DNA of 64,000 bases from NCBI RefSeq assembly GCF_001625305.1, contig NW_017804120.1, positions 291,553-355,552 of the forward strand, read 5' to 3'. The translations under genes were made by a program, and so were the position numbers. Below the pieces are notes generated by a model that made no database searches, was not told the origin of the DNA, and saw nothing but the letters and a program-made list of their open reading frames with translations. Shown piece by piece: positions 1-12,691 of the stretch; position 1 is the stretch's first letter, and the number at the start of each line of letters is the position of its first letter. Source of the stretch: Branchiostoma belcheri (lineage: Eukaryota).

Positions 1-125
1 CTTTAGGATAAATAATGTCATAATGGTCTATTTATGGTTTTAGATTTTGAAGTTTAAAGTAGACCATATTCCTTTGGATTATTTTGCTTTACGTTGAAGT
101 CAAACTTAAAGGATATTATGGCTAA

Positions 126-474
126 GGCCACACCAATTTAATTTCTTGGTTAACGGATTTGCCCGCATCATTTTTTTTCTGATTTGCAAAAAAAAAAAAA
201 AAATTCAGAATCAAGTGCAAAATGCTCATATTTTGCCCTGAACAGTTGAAAACAGCCCTTTTCTTCCTAATTGTTACAGTTATTCCATCTTTCAATGCAG
301 TGGTATCATTAAAAGTTCAAAACTCATTGTTTAAATTTTGAACCAGCCTGGTGTGTTGACTTCATGGCTCTTATCGTACCTTTTTGGGCCATAATAGGAT
401 GCCTAGGCCTGTTTTTATTTTTTTTTTTTTCTAGAAAAATCCGTTAACCAAGAAATTAAATTATTGGTGTCGCC
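126..474 (+). mobile_element. MITE family A, copy 1, about 350 bp. TIR is GGCCACACCAATTTAATTTCTTGGTTAACGGATT.
   Basis: About 35-bp terminal inverted repeats. TAA flank at both ends (PIF/Harbinger-like TWA target-site duplication). Near-identical copies elsewhere in the window. Confidence 0.8.
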
Positions 475-835
475 TAAAATTTAAAAAAAAGAAGAAAGTT
501 CATACCTACGGTAGTACCGACCCAAGTTTTTTTCAGGACTGAAGCTTAAACACACCAATTTTCCTAGGCCTTAGAAAGTCTATTCTACATCAATGACAGC
601 TTTTGCTATACACTCTTCCATAGTATTCACAATGTATACTTGAAATTTCGTTCTTTCATGGCCATTAACAATGTTGCATGCAACGCACATAAATGCCACT
701 TGCTATTTCTCAACCCTATGTAGGCATTAATAACAGGAGCTTGATACTAATGCTGTCGCCAATTGATGTTTGTGGTCTGAATAGGGCTTAAATATGTCCA
801 ACGTGGGACGAATAAGAAATGCACATGTACAATAT

Positions 836-1590
836 GTGGAACAGCGAGCAGATTATTATTGGAATGAGCAGAGCACTTTGGACTAATGCCTCTGACTATT
901 TACAGCGTAGAGGTACATATCCAATCTTTTGTCAAAAACGTCTCTGTTACATAGTGGATCATAATGACCCCCAGCGGGGGTCTTCACGCTTCGTTAAAAA
1001 TCGAAAAATATCAAGATTTATTCCAAAGATCTCAATATTTTAGACGAAATCTTGAGATGTTATAAGACAATCTTGAGATTTTTCATGACAATATCGAGAT
1101 CTTTCAGAAAATCTTGAGATGAAAACAAAAGGTCTCAAGATCTTTCCAAATGTTTCCATAGCATCTCGATATGCTTTAAAAAATATCAAGATTGTTTAAA
1201 AGATCTCAGGTTTTTTCAATATTGCTTTTAAAATCTTGATATTTTTTAAAGCATCTCGAGATGCTATGGAAAAATCTTAAGATGCTTTGAAAACATTTGG
1301 AAAGATCTTGAGACCTTTTGTTTTCATCTGAAGATTTTCTGAAAGATCTGGAGATTGTCATGAAAAATCTCAAGATTGTCTCATTAGATCTCAAGATTTT
1401 GTCAAAAATATTGAGATTTCTCAATTTTTAACGAAGCGTGAAGACCCCCACTGGGGGTCATTATGATCCGCTATGCAACAGAGAAGTTTTTGACAAAAGA
1501 TTGGACATGTACCTCTACGCTGTAAATAGTCAGAGGCATTAGTCCAAAGTGCTCTGCTCATTCCAATAATAATCTGCTCGCTGTTGTGGG
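836..1590. mobile_element. Foldback (long-palindrome) element. About 190-bp inverted arms flank an internal array of a 10-bp palindromic motif (A)TCTCAAGAT / ATCTTGAGAT.
   Basis: 836-1015 is the reverse complement of 1425-1590 at about 95 percent identity. More than 20 copies of the tctcaagat/atcttgagat motif lie between the arms, arranged symmetrically around about 1210. Confidence 0.75.
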
Positions 1591-2189
1591 TCATTTTGCC
1601 TGAAGGAACAGTCTGATATGCCTCATTTGAAGCAGAAATTTACTCTTAATCAGAATTGATAATGATAGTAAAATGACTCCGTGTATGTCATTTTTTAAAA
1701 CTTGAAATAGATTTTGATGTTTTTCTTTTTTTGGATTGACGCAATAGAACAAAACTCACAATAATCGAGTTTCAGGAAAATAGGGATTCATAGATTCTAG
1801 ATTTTTAGTTTGTCATTTCCTCTAAGAACTATTTGATATGATATTATCATTGACAAATCAATAGCACTACTCTCTTAATCTTACCTACATGTACATGTAG
1901 CATTCATCAAAATTCAATAAAACATCTGATTCAGTACTAGTCAAAACTGCTTCATACAAATGTAGATAATTCTTCTAAGAAACTGGTTACAAAAATTGGT
2001 TACATCATTCTATAATCAAACAATGACTGTATAAAAGGACCATTATACCACCAACTCCTTATTGTCTTCGTCAGAAGGACTATGAAATTGTCTCGCCGGA
2101 GTGTGGGGAACTGCGGATTTTGCGATATAACTCTGGAAGGCATGATTCGACGTCCATGATTTTTGGCAGGCTTATTACCGCTGTTGAGG

Positions 2190-2570
2190 CCAAAGTCAAG
2201 TACAAGTTTCGGCTTCGTGGGGGGTCCGTGCGTCACGTTAGTGCACCTTTTGTGTTTGTGGCTTGTTAGCAAGATAACTCAAGTATTTGTAAAATGTTGA
2301 TTATAATTCTTGGTGTGGTGCTTACTATTGTCGGAACCAAGGTTAAGTTCGTTACTGAGCTTCGTGGGAGGTTTCGTTGTGACTACAGGGGGCATTTTGT
2401 TAATTTTTCTTGTGAGCAGGATAACTTTTGTATGTGTGGATGGAAGTTAACGAAATTCGAAAGGCATATTACTGTCGTGGTCTCCAAGATTGAGTTCAAA
2501 GATGAGAGTCGTGGAGGTCGTTATGTCCCGTAATAGGACCTTTTGTGTTTAGAAATCCCCCACCTACATC
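2190..2570. repeat. Degenerate tandem repeat, about 3 units of roughly 120 bp.
   Basis: Recurring blocks aag.t.aagt.c...cttcgtgg.gg...ccttttgtgttt. ORFs 2000..2272 and 2294..2533 overlap it. Confidence 0.5.
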
Positions 2571-2708
2571 TGCTTGGAGACAGCCGACAGCTGGATATAG
2601 CCGGGGAACCCCATAATGGGATGGGATCAAATGACTTAACATTGAGGGATTGTACTATAAATTCAGCAGGGGGAGGATAGGTTGGACATATGTCAGGTTA
2701 TTTTCTAC

Positions 2709-2940
2709 GGCCACACCAAGTAATTGCTATGGATGACGTCCACTGGAGACCTTAAATCTAATTACCTCAAATTTAAGGCAAGCGCGCAATAAAAACACGA
2801 AGGGCCGAAAAACGAGATGCCTAGATTTGGAATATACTAACTGTAGAAGTACAAATGTTAGGACACAAAGAACACAATAAACAAGTCTTCTATTTGTCAT
2901 AAAGACAAATTAAGAAAACAGCAGTAGTCACCCTGTTTTG
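2709..2940 (-). mobile_element. Truncated family C MITE (one terminus plus about 230 bp).
   Basis: GGCCACACCAAGTAATTGCTATGGATGACGTCC terminus and internal homology to the C right half. No second TIR. Confidence 0.5.
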
Positions 2941-3272
2941 ATTCTTTCCTTTATAACATCTTCTCTTATTATATTTTGTGGCGCTGTCGTGACACTTTCA
3001 ACACAGTAAGAATTTCTTGAACGTTTTTTTTTCCAGTAACAGTCCAAACTCAAATAACGTAGGGGGGGGGGCTAACACGGGTGACGACGCATCTGTATAA
3101 TCTGCGGCAAACCGTTTCAGGGTTTTCTGTACCATAAAAATAGTACAGAGATTCTTTTGTTCTTTAGACCAAATTGATTATAAAAAGAGTGAAGAATACG
3201 CATGTTAATTTCTCTAGAACGATGTACCTCTGACGAAGACATGAGATCTCCGACCTCTAGTTTGGGTAGTGT

Positions 3273-3308
3273 GTTTGTTTGTTTGTTTGTTTGTTTGTTT
3301 GTTTGTTT
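3273..3308. repeat. (GTTT)n microsatellite.
   Basis: 9 units, read directly. Confidence 0.95.
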
Positions 3309-3665
3309 AGGATCTCCATTAGTGTGAATTTCACACTACTCTTCCTGGAGTCAGTAGAGAATTATCAGATATTAATTATATATTTGGACCATCGCACACT
3401 GCGGCATACCCCCTACTCTTTTCCAAAAAGTGTGGTGGGTTCTTTAACATGCGTGGGGTGTGGCTCTTCCCAAACAAGGGACCTCCATTTAATGTGCTAT
3501 CCGAGGGTGTCCCTAACCAAAGCTAGATACATGTACTCATTTTCACCTGAGTGAAGTGAGGAAAGTCGTGTTAAGTGCCTTAAGGGCACAAAATCAGTGA
3601 TAAGGTAGGAATCGAACTCAACTTCTTGGTTCAAGGCCGAACACGCTACCGCTATGCCACACGGC
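3290..3665 (-). mobile_element. tRNA-derived SINE on the minus strand. Same family as 51938-52490, with a microsatellite tail.
   Basis: The reverse complement shows a tRNA-like head (ggggccgtgtggcatagcggtagcgtgttcggcc...gagttcgattcc) followed by the conserved core gtgcccttaaggcacttaacacgactttcctcacttcac. Confidence 0.6.
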
Positions 3666-3900
3666 CCCACGTAAGTGCAGGGAGTACCTCCAAAATTCAG
3701 AATATGATTGACAGGTGGTCGTTAAATATCAAATGCCACCAGGTGTTTTTGAAGGTCTTTTACGACAGCCAATTTATGACTGCTTTGTTTTCGCAATAAA
3801 GGTTACAGCTACTCAACCTTGCAGGCCGGATTTTATGATACCACTCTTTCCACTTGTCTTTCATTTTGTTGACTGAAATGTCTAGCTCCGGTAGTGCTTA

Positions 3901-4381
3901 GGCCACACCAAGTAAATTTTATGGATGACGTCCGCGCGCGCATTGATTTTGGCCTGTTCCTAGAAAAAAGAACAAGAAATTCTGCTTCCTGTAACTTTGA
4001 CCAAATAGTCAAGACAGTGCTGAAATAGGTTTGTACGGACCAAAGCAATATGAAGCATCAAGCAAGACTTCCATTAGGAATTCAGTTTGGTACATGCTGC
4101 CACATTTGAAGAAACTTGCTGACCGCTCCATCTATCTCCCCAAAGCACAGGATGACAACTGCTGTTCCGCCTGATTTATTGCTGTTTTGATAATGAATAA
4201 GACTTCTTGCTTGTTACACTGTGTCACCTCATTCAATTTGTGTCCTAACATTTGTCGTCTCTTAGTATATTTCTAATCTAGGCATCTTGTTTTTAGGGCC
4301 CTTCTTCTTTTTATTTCGCCCTCTCGCATTAGATTTAGGGTCGCCAAAGGACGTCATCCATAAAATTTACTTGGTGTGGCC
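3901..4381 (+). mobile_element. MITE family C, about 480 bp. TIR is GGCCACACCAAGTAAATTTTATGGATGACGTC.
   Basis: About 32-bp TIRs. TTA flanks at both ends. Multiple copies in the window. Confidence 0.8.
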
Positions 4382-6164
4382 TTATATATACCATTGTAAA
4401 TCAAAACAGAAGGTGGAAAGTAGACCTCACACTTTCAAGGTACAGATGTCTTTCTGGGAACAAAGCATGATACTTTTCATTGGGGCCTGCATTCCCTTTT
4501 TCCTAATGCGTAATCAGGCCTTTTCAGTCTTCATAATCTGTAGGCAGCCTCCCCCAAAATCAGCATAATTTGTAATAGTACATTAGCCGCAAAGCTTCCA
4601 AAACTTCTATGAAATTAGAATACTTCGTATGTATTTTGCATGCTTACAATGTGTGCTGCAGCTGCTTTTGAAATATTGGATTTGGACGTTAGAAGAATGA
4701 TTATGTATATATTACAATATTTTGTTCAGGGACACCATTAAGTTTCTAAATTTCAAGCAGATTTTGCATTGAAGTGTGTGTTTTCTTGGTTGGGTATGAC
4801 ATAAGCGGTCCTCGTCAACCTGACGGACGAACGACATGACATAAATAGGATTCTACAGGGTTCATTCTGTGTCATCCATTGTTAGGCTGATACCTTTAAT
4901 AATACGGAATAGTCATCCTCGAAGTAAAGCCGACATTCTATTTTTTTGTCCAAATTGCAGTAGACCCTGGGATCGAATGTTCCATATGGCTAAACAGTGG
5001 GATCATTGTATTACTGCTTGCACCATAGGGACAAGATACTTGTACCTGGGCGGTCTGTTATCACATTATTTATCCTCCTTTGTTTGTGGATTTGCGGACA
5101 AGTGGTCTAAGACGCCATCTGGTCACCCTTATCTGTAAGCATTGTTTTTCCACCCCTATTTTTTTCTTCAAGTGGGACTGGCTTATTACTGTATATGCTC
5201 CAATAATTGCACTTGCAAATTATTCAAAATCCTCAAAGTCTTGAATTTTAGTTAGGATCATTCAAATGTTTCTCACATGAGAAATGACTGTTTATTAGAT
5301 AAAATATTTTGGTTAATTACTGTAAATGCAGAAACTTTTGCACTGGTTTATTTTCATGATTTTAGTGGTTCTACCTTAAAAAATATAATTACTACATTGA
5401 ATTGTTTCAACCATATATTGACAACACACCAAAAACATTATTTTTCATTCTACCACGAGAAATAACCGACACAAAATTAAATGAATTTACAGTATATTAT
5501 GATAATCCAAGACTCAAGGACCAACCTAAAAACAATGTTAAAAGCTTAGTTTGGTGGAGGAAAAATAAACAGTACGCTAATTTGGGTGTGCCTTATTGGT
5601 TTGGTTTATCTCAATGATAATCTCCCTTATTTATAGACCACTTATGTACCCATTAGTAGGGCTTATACCTCCCATATCAATTGTAGCCAGGGCTGAAAAT
5701 ACCACCTGCATATAGCACTTGGTACAGATAAAATTGCAGCTTAAAGACATCCAATGTGATTTCAGAGCAGCAAAACTGGAAATATTCTGAATAAGGCAAT
5801 CTTTATGATATTGGCATGCTTCACATTAGCGCATTTCAATCATTATTTCATACTTTGGGTACTTAAAACTGCAGAAACAAGCCCCAAGATGAGTCCTTTA
5901 TTTTATGGGAGGTACCCTAAAAATCAGCCCAGGGCCCTTCCAGTAACCATTTTCTGTCAGAATTTTGGGTATTTTTGCTCCACGAGGGTCAATATACATT
6001 GGGAGAGTGTGGTTTCAACTCAGTATGTAAGATAAATGACTATTTATTGACTTTGAAAAATCGGGTTTCCAAGCCCTAAAAACTGCACTGGATGCCTTCA
6101 ATATACAAATGTATGTACAATGGCAAGCTATTTGAATTTCCAGAAAACTGTTTTTTCCTCATAA

Positions 6165-6448
6165 GGCCACGCCAATTTTTAATTTGTTGGTTCACAGATT
6201 CACCCGCTTCATTTTGTTCCGATTTGAAAAAGAAACAACAACATTTTGGCCTCTGAATCAACTCCAAAATGCGCATATTTTGGCCCAAACAATTGAAGCA
6301 ATTCCCTTCTCTTCAGAGATGTTACAGTTTTTCCATCTATCATCTATCATAATTGTAGGATGCATAGGTCTGTTTGTTTTTTTTCGCCCTGTCGCTTAAT
6401 TTGTTTTTCTGAAAAAATCTGAAAACCAACAAATCAAATTGGTTTGAC
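6165..6448 (+). mobile_element. Degenerate, internally deleted A'-like MITE.
   Basis: Diverged GGCCACGCCAATTTTTAATTTGTTGGTT termini and homologous internal blocks. Confidence 0.5.
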
Positions 6449-6850
6449 CTAATTTGTCAAATTTGTGGTAATGTGAAGAACTGTAACCCCCCCCCCATGG
6501 AGACCCTCTTCAAATGTGATGTAAACCCCCATGGAGACCCTTGTCAAATGATTCAAGGGGAATGTATCCATAGGATATAGTAAACTGCATCAAACCATTT
6601 TCTAAAATCCCAGTGCACTTGTGTTCTTGTTCTGTGCAACATTACTGTGTCTCAAGCTCAGTTCAATCATACACACGTGCACATATACGGTTCTCTGTGG
6701 TGTGATTATCATAGCCAAAAACACTCCCAACCTTTTGACTCGGGTTTGCAAGTGCCGTGCTGCATAACTCTGGCACAATAAACACGCAAAGAATTACAGA
6801 GTGGTCTCTGTACCTGATTGGCAGTGTGCAATGATGTAAGCTCTGTAAGT

Positions 6851-7209
6851 CAATACATTGAAGGCCTGGGGAAAAAATGTTGTGTTTCCTGACAGACCCT
6901 AGAAAAAACTGCCGACCTAAGCCCTTTTTTGGGTGGACCACTGCAAGGGACATAAATTTTTTTTGCTGAACGACCTTTTCTAGCTCCATAATATTCGACC
7001 CGAGTGATGAAACATTGTACAATAGGTTTTCCAACATTGACGTTTAAAATATAAGTGTCCTCATGCAAGTTTTACTTGGTTAAACTATTATATATAAGTT
7101 GGATCACAAGTCAAGAGAAGTGTAATAAAAAAAAAGAAAGAAAAAGATATGTTAATCCCTATCCAGTGATCAAGACTGAAACAGGAAAAAAACATTTTTT
7201 CTAGGCCTT
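6851..7209 (+). mobile_element. MITE family I, with TIR AAGGCCTGGGGAAAAAATGTTGTGTTTCCTG. Solo-end copies occur at about 21000-21050, 21600-21705, 30500-30680, 32010-32100 and 33290-33360.
   Basis: About 30-bp TIRs. The shared end motif (caggaaacacaacattttttcctaggcc) recurs at least 6 times. Confidence 0.55.
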
Positions 7210-7434
7210 ATATTTTGGGTTCAACTTGATGGTTGTATACAGGGTGTTCATTGCCACTTGGTCAACGGAGTCACGATTCTGTAAATCTTGTCAGAAAATA
7301 ATGAATAAGACTAGACATGAGACGAGATGACATTGCTTCTTAGGCTGAAGGTGAAACGGGAAAAAGAAACTGACACAAGAAATCACGTCCCAGAAGTATT
7401 TAGAGTTGTTGTAGATTTCTTGTTTCATTTGTTA

Positions 7435-8227
7435 GGCCACACCAAGTAATTTTTAATGGATGACGTCCGCACGCACATTGAAATTGGCACGCAGACCAAG
7501 AACCAAGAAATTCAACTTGTAACTAGTGCTGCATACCAGTTCACTGGACTTGGATCCGGACTTGTAAGAATGTTTAGGTTCAAGTCCAAAAGAACCTAAA
7601 AGTCAAGAACCGAGTCCGGACTTATTACCATAAAAGACCATTTCACAGACCCCTTTTCTTTCCAAACCACCTAAAACCTTCCATAGATTGCAAAATCTTT
7701 GCTGCAAAATTAAGAAAAATTGCCATCGGGCATCGTCAAGTACCGGCCTCCATGTTATATGGCCAAAGTTTCACCCAGACAACATTGCAAGGTTGCCAAC
7801 ATGCAATTTTGTATATGCCATGGGTTTAGGTCCGGACTTATAAGTCCGGAAAATTTAATCCTCTGGACTTGAATCCGGACCTGAACCTGAATGTGGGTTT
7901 AGGTACTATGCAGCACTAGTTGTAACTATGACCAAAGAGTCACGACAGTGGGATAAGGGAAGATGTGATGAAAGGAAAGAAACAGGACAGGACGACAACT
8001 GCTGTTCCACTGATTTATTGCCGTTTCCATGACGAATAAAAGACTTGGTTGGTTTTTACGCTGTGTTCTCTCATTTAATGTGTCCTATTTATAACATTTG
8101 TCATCCCAAGTAAATTTCAAATTTAGACGTCTTGCTTTTTTTTGCATTTCTTGTTTTTTTTTTATCTGGCATTAGATTTATGGTTTCCAGAGGATGTCAT
8201 CCATAAAAATTACATCTTGGTGTGGCC
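7435..8227 (+). mobile_element. MITE family C copy carrying a nested family B hAT-MITE at 7524-7918.
   Basis: C termini and TTA flanks. Body is interrupted at 7523/7919 by the B element, which has an 8-bp target-site duplication. Confidence 0.75.
7524..7918 (-). mobile_element. hAT-like MITE family B, about 395 bp, termini TAGTGCTGCATACC...GGTATGCAGCACTA. Nested inside a family C MITE.
   Basis: 8-bp flanking direct repeat cTTGTAAC/gTTGTAAC (7 of 8 match). Termini begin with TAG, as in hAT elements. Confidence 0.75.
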
Positions 8228-8389
8228 TTATTGCGAATTTCTCGCCGAATTTGTATAATTTGCATTTTCCTACTTCTTGAGTAACTTGGACGTCAACATA
8301 CCTAGACAACCTTTAAATTCTAAGACAACAAATTTGTTACCTTTACTACAACTGGCCACCTAGTGGTGTCTCTTCTCTCTGTGTGTGGT

Positions 8390-8655
8390 GTCAGGTGGCA
8401 TAGTGGTAGATCATTCGACTATGAAGTGGGGAGACCCGGGTTCGATCCCGAGTCGTACCCGGGACATGTCTGGACATGGGCCTCAACGTTGTACCCTTGG
8501 GAAAAGCACTTTACACGACTTTCCTCACTCCACCCAGGTGTGAATGGGTACCTAACTTTGGTTGGGGAAGGTCGTATTAAGGTCGCCTTGTGGTGCCGAA
8601 TGGCAGCCGCACAGACCCTTGCGACAGTTCCACAAAAATGTGTGGAGCAAATATG
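8390..8655 (+). mobile_element. tRNA-derived SINE. A tRNA-like head with A and B boxes is followed by the conserved core cccttgggaaaagcactttacacgactttcctcac.
   Basis: Sequence ggtggcatagtggtag...ggttcgatccc. The core is shared with the SINEs at 3290, 46805 and 51938. It abuts the family F element. Confidence 0.6.
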
Positions 8656-8700
8656 TGTTATTACCTTCGCCAAGAAGGTTATGTTTTCGTAGGCGTTCGT

Positions 8701-8739
<39 letters not shown>

Positions 8740-9579
8740 AGCACGATAACTCAAGAAGGCTAAGATGGATTGTCTTGATATTTGGTAGGTGGATAGGTCT
8801 TTATGAGACGTGGAACTGATTAAATTTTGGGCCCCCTAGCGGCTTGTTATGGTACTGCAGCTGAACTTCCGGTTTTGATATCTCGTGATCTAGACATGCT
8901 AGGGTGACGAAATTTGGATGGTAGGTAGCTCTTGTGCTGGGGAAGAAGTGATGTGAGTTTGGCCTCCCTAGCAGCTTGCTCTGGAACTGCAGGGGCGTTA
9001 GTTGAAAAATATTTAAAGGCGGATAACTCTAGAACCGATTGATGGATCGTCGTGATTTTTGGCATGTAGGTAGCTGAAGTGATGCTTAACATAATGATAT
9101 TATAATTATGCATATATTATTGTAATTTGCATAATTAATGAGGAAATTCTATAAATCAGCTGCATTCCATGATAGGACTATTCAAGCTTGTGACATATGT
9201 AATTAAGAACGGCAGAAATACAGGCAGATATCGATTATGCAAATGAAGACTTAATTTGCATAATTAATGAGAAAATGTTATATTTACATAGTGGTAACTG
9301 CCTGGAATTTCATACTTGGGATATTTGAAAGTTATGTGAAGGTGAACATAATTAAACATAACTTATTCAAATAAGGACCTCATTTGCATAATTTATGAGG
9401 AAATGCTATAATGGCATCCTTTGATAAGATAAGACTGTCTTCTGGTGTAGAATATGATCAACAGATATAATTGATGCAAATATAGGATCCTATTTGCACA
9501 ATCAGGGGGATTAATCTATAATTTCTTACTCATAAAGGCTAACATCATTTGGCGAAGGTATGAGATCGTGGAACTCTAG
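8656..9579 (+). mobile_element. Family F non-autonomous element, about 920 bp. It has an internal (TG)n tract and about 125-bp AT-rich subrepeats. Its ends are CCTTCGCCAAGAAGG...CATTTGGCGAAGGTATGAGATCG.
   Basis: Four copies in the window share both ends. Short inverted termini (CCTTCGCCAA/TTGGCGAAGG). Its ORFs (8847..9113 and so on) are repeat artefacts. Confidence 0.65.
8701..8738. repeat. (TG)n microsatellite inside the family F element.
   Basis: About 17 units. Confidence 0.95.
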
Positions 9580-9734
9580 TCATTGTGTATAATTTGATTG
9601 TTGTGATTTGTATTGATTATTATGTGATACCCTGCATCAATTCAGTCCTTAAAAGGCTGCGACCGCACGGGTACTGTTCGGCTAATAAAAAAAAACACTT
9701 GTTTCGTTAGTCTAATAAACTTTCACTGTTGCAG

Positions 9735-9872
9735 GTAAAAGTGGGGTTCCTTGGCCTGAGTGACGGGAAGCGTGATCCTGAGATAGTCCGTGTGCAGCTG
9801 ACAGACGACAGTCTGGTACTACAGAGAGAGGAGACAGTCTACGGGAACTCACTGGCCGCTATAAGCTCACAG
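9735..9872 (+). CDS. Internal coding exon, 138 nt, phase 0 to 0, encoding VKVGFLGLSDGKRDPEIVRVQLTDDSLVLQREETVYGNSLAAISSQ. First exon of the plus-strand PDZ gene visible in this window.
   Basis: Pyrimidine tract plus AG acceptor (ttcactgttgcag|gt) and a GT donor (cacag|gtgtgt). Only one open frame. Joins in frame to the exon at 10918. Confidence 0.45.
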
Positions 9873-10917
9873 GTGTGTGTTATACGCTAACAACCACCTG
9901 TTCAGGTCTTTATATTTGTAGATTAAATTGCCTTTTTTTAGTTATTATTGGGTGCTTTTGGGTATACAGAAGCTGGGCTTGAAATTCACTTTTCGGGAAT
10001 AGGTGCACTGGTGTACCAAGCCTAAAAAATTACCCTATTCTTGTGTGTTCTTACATACCACAGTCCTATCCACTTCATCACTTAGTGATGACTACCCAAC
10101 TGTGGTAATCATTTGTCCTCTAGCAGGGAGCAGGGCTTGAAAACTAAACAATACTTCTACAGGGCTCGAAATACTGGGTGCATGTGCACCTTAGTGCACC
10201 CAAAAATTTTATAATTTGTAGGTTTATGTACGAAAAGATATCAAATGTATACTAGTATACTGTATATTCTTGACATCTAACTGTCAGAAAAATCTTTCTT
10301 ATTTACATAGTACATACAGTACACAATCCCCCAATTGCTGAGGTCTGCATATAAAGATATGCAACATGCTACGAGGATTTATAAAGTGTTCATCCATTCA
10401 TGAGTTAAGCTTGCAGATATCTGGTAGCACGGCCTGTTTTTCCGGTGCTGCGTTTGTGAAGCCAGCAGATTTGAATCTGTTTGTGCTGCTAGCTTCATCA
10501 ACAAGTCAAAACGATAAGGTTTTGGCAGCTGCAATTGTTTGATAAGCTTGATGAACGACACCGTAAAAATCCTTTGTCAGCTTAAGAGCGTACATGTAGT
10601 TTGATGCTCAGATACAGCCTTAATAGAGCCATGCGTCAGTTTAACTGTCAAAATGTCTTTTCTTGTACATGTCAAACATATTCTAAAAGCTTTTTTTCTG
10701 TTACAGGTCAACAACTTTGATATTGACAGCAACAGAGTAAGTGGCTTTTCTAAAAGTTTTACTTTAATAAGTAAAATTTCCTTTGAATTAGATTGCTTTG
10801 AGGTTGTTTTTTGCATTTAATTTTTTAACCACAAATTCTGTACCTTTGGAAAATGTATTATATTAAAAATTATCATTCATAACAGAACTAAATGTTGACT
10901 GTCTTTTTTTTCTTCAG

Positions 10918-10974
10918 GAAAGATCAGTTATTCTGAGAAGACAAAAATCTGGAGGTCTGGGGTTGAGTATCATG
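10918..10974 (+). CDS. Coding exon encoding the start of a PDZ domain (ERSVILRRQKSGGLGLSIM).
   Basis: Acceptor ttttcttcag|g and donor atcatg|gtaggt; 57 nt in phase 0. The R-x-V-x-L-x-K-x-GLG-S-I motif is the PDZ beta-A/beta-B signature. Confidence 0.55.
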
Positions 10975-11619
10975 GTAGGTTCACCATTTCCACCCCTGAG
11001 TCCTCTTTTATTCATATAATACCTTCTCCAAGAAGGTTAATACGATTTTGGTTGAAGTTCTAGCTTGCCTGAAATTTGTGTTGTGTCATCTCAATTCTGT
11101 TTCAGGTAATATTATGTTAGGGGGAGAATGTTTAGCCTATAAAATGCTTTTTCCTGCATTTTGAGGGGCAAATTTTGCTGCTAGACTAAATGAATTTATT
11201 TTAATGATCTCTTTCCATATCTTTATATGCCAATTTTGGTCTGTCAAAGATGACGGATTGTCCAAAATTTTTTCCAGCGGCAAAATTCCATCAAAATTAA
11301 TGATACAAAGACGGACGGTGGTTAGAACCCAGGTTTTGGTATTACTAAGCAGTTTGTGGTTGAACACCATAACTCAAGAATATGGATATAGATTGTCGGA
11401 TTTTTCAAATCAGAAAAAGTAGTGGAATAAGAGCCGAAAACCAAGAAAATAATTTGGTTTGGCCTGCCGCCATACGTGCTCAGTTTCTCCGCTGATGTGG
11501 AAATGATCCGGTCGTTTTCGTGCCCGCCGTCCGAAGCGTTGCTCTATCACTCTGTTAATCCCCGTGGAATGGACACTACCAGCCCAAACAGGTTTATTAT
11601 GGACTCAGGGTCCACGTTA

Positions 11620-12220
11620 TTTGGCGCACATGTCAGTACAATGCCGCAGGGGGAAGGGGGTGGCTTGGGTGAAGAATTTCAAGACTCGAAAGACTTTGTA
11701 CAGATTTGGTTTCCAGGTTGTGGACAGAAAATTAAAGTGACAGTGACAGTAAGAGAAGACATACTTCAGCATTCAAGATTTGGATTTGAATTTATATCGT
11801 AATTTGATGGACATGTCCGTACAATGCCGCAGGGGGAAGGGGGTGGCTTGGGTGAGGAATTTCAAGACTTGAAAGACTTTGCACAGATTTGGTTTCCAGG
11901 TTGTGGACAGAAAATTAACGTGACAGTTGTAGAAGACATACATTTTGTACTTAAGGATTCAAGATTTGGATTTGAATTAGGTGGTTATTTGGTGGACATG
12001 TCAGTACAATGAAATAGGGGGAAGGGGTGTCTTGCTTAAAGAATTTCAAGCCTCAAATTAAAGTTTCTAAGATTTTAGATTTTCACATTATTAGAATTAG
12101 ACTTTGATTTTTATCAATAATGAATTTTTAGTCCTCCTGATTTGGTGCACATGTCAATGCAATGTTAAGGGGAAGGGGTCTGAGGCTTGAATGAAGAATT
12201 TCAAGCCTCAAATGTATAGA
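11620..12220. repeat. Tandem repeat, about 3.2 units of roughly 185 bp.
   Basis: Repeated gtcagtacaatgccgcagggggaagggggtggcttgggtgaagaatttcaagac... ORFs 11476..11802 and 11824..12012 are artefacts. Confidence 0.75.
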
Positions 12221-12691
12221 TTTTCTTGTTAAAGAAATTGCAATGTTTTCTTAGCTCTTATGAGAAAGAGTTACTATTATATGATTCAGGAATTGAACAC
12301 ACTACTCCACTACTGGTGGACTAGCCCTATCTGGCACTGTGTGGCCCAAGAGGTACAGAAACAAAGATGGGCACTGCCCCTATTTACCAAAAGTTGTGAG
12401 AAGAATTGCAACATATAATGTATGATTGTAAGTCATGCATGTGTTATGTTACAACCATAATAATTACAGTACTATGAGTATTGATATGAATTCATCTTCT
12501 TCCTCCAAAATGCACATTAGCACACTCAAGGTCAATAAGCACAACCTTGTTATCATGAAGGTCATGATTGACGATGTTCAAGTACACCTGTAGATGATGG
12601 ATATTGGGGGGTGAATTTTACTGTTAGCAATAAAAGTATTTAAGCAGATCAATTCTTGAAACCCTATTACGTTTTATTGTACATCGTAAAG

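Noticed and set aside
8393-8465. Bona fide tRNA genes at 8393, 46557, 46805, 51940 and on the minus strand at 3590-3665.
   Set aside because: Each tRNA-like head continues directly into a conserved SINE core (cccttgggaaaggcactttacacgac...) and a simple-repeat or poly-A tail, so they are tRNA-derived SINE heads. No clean 72-76-nt cloverleaf with a CCA-ready 3' end could be delimited by eye.
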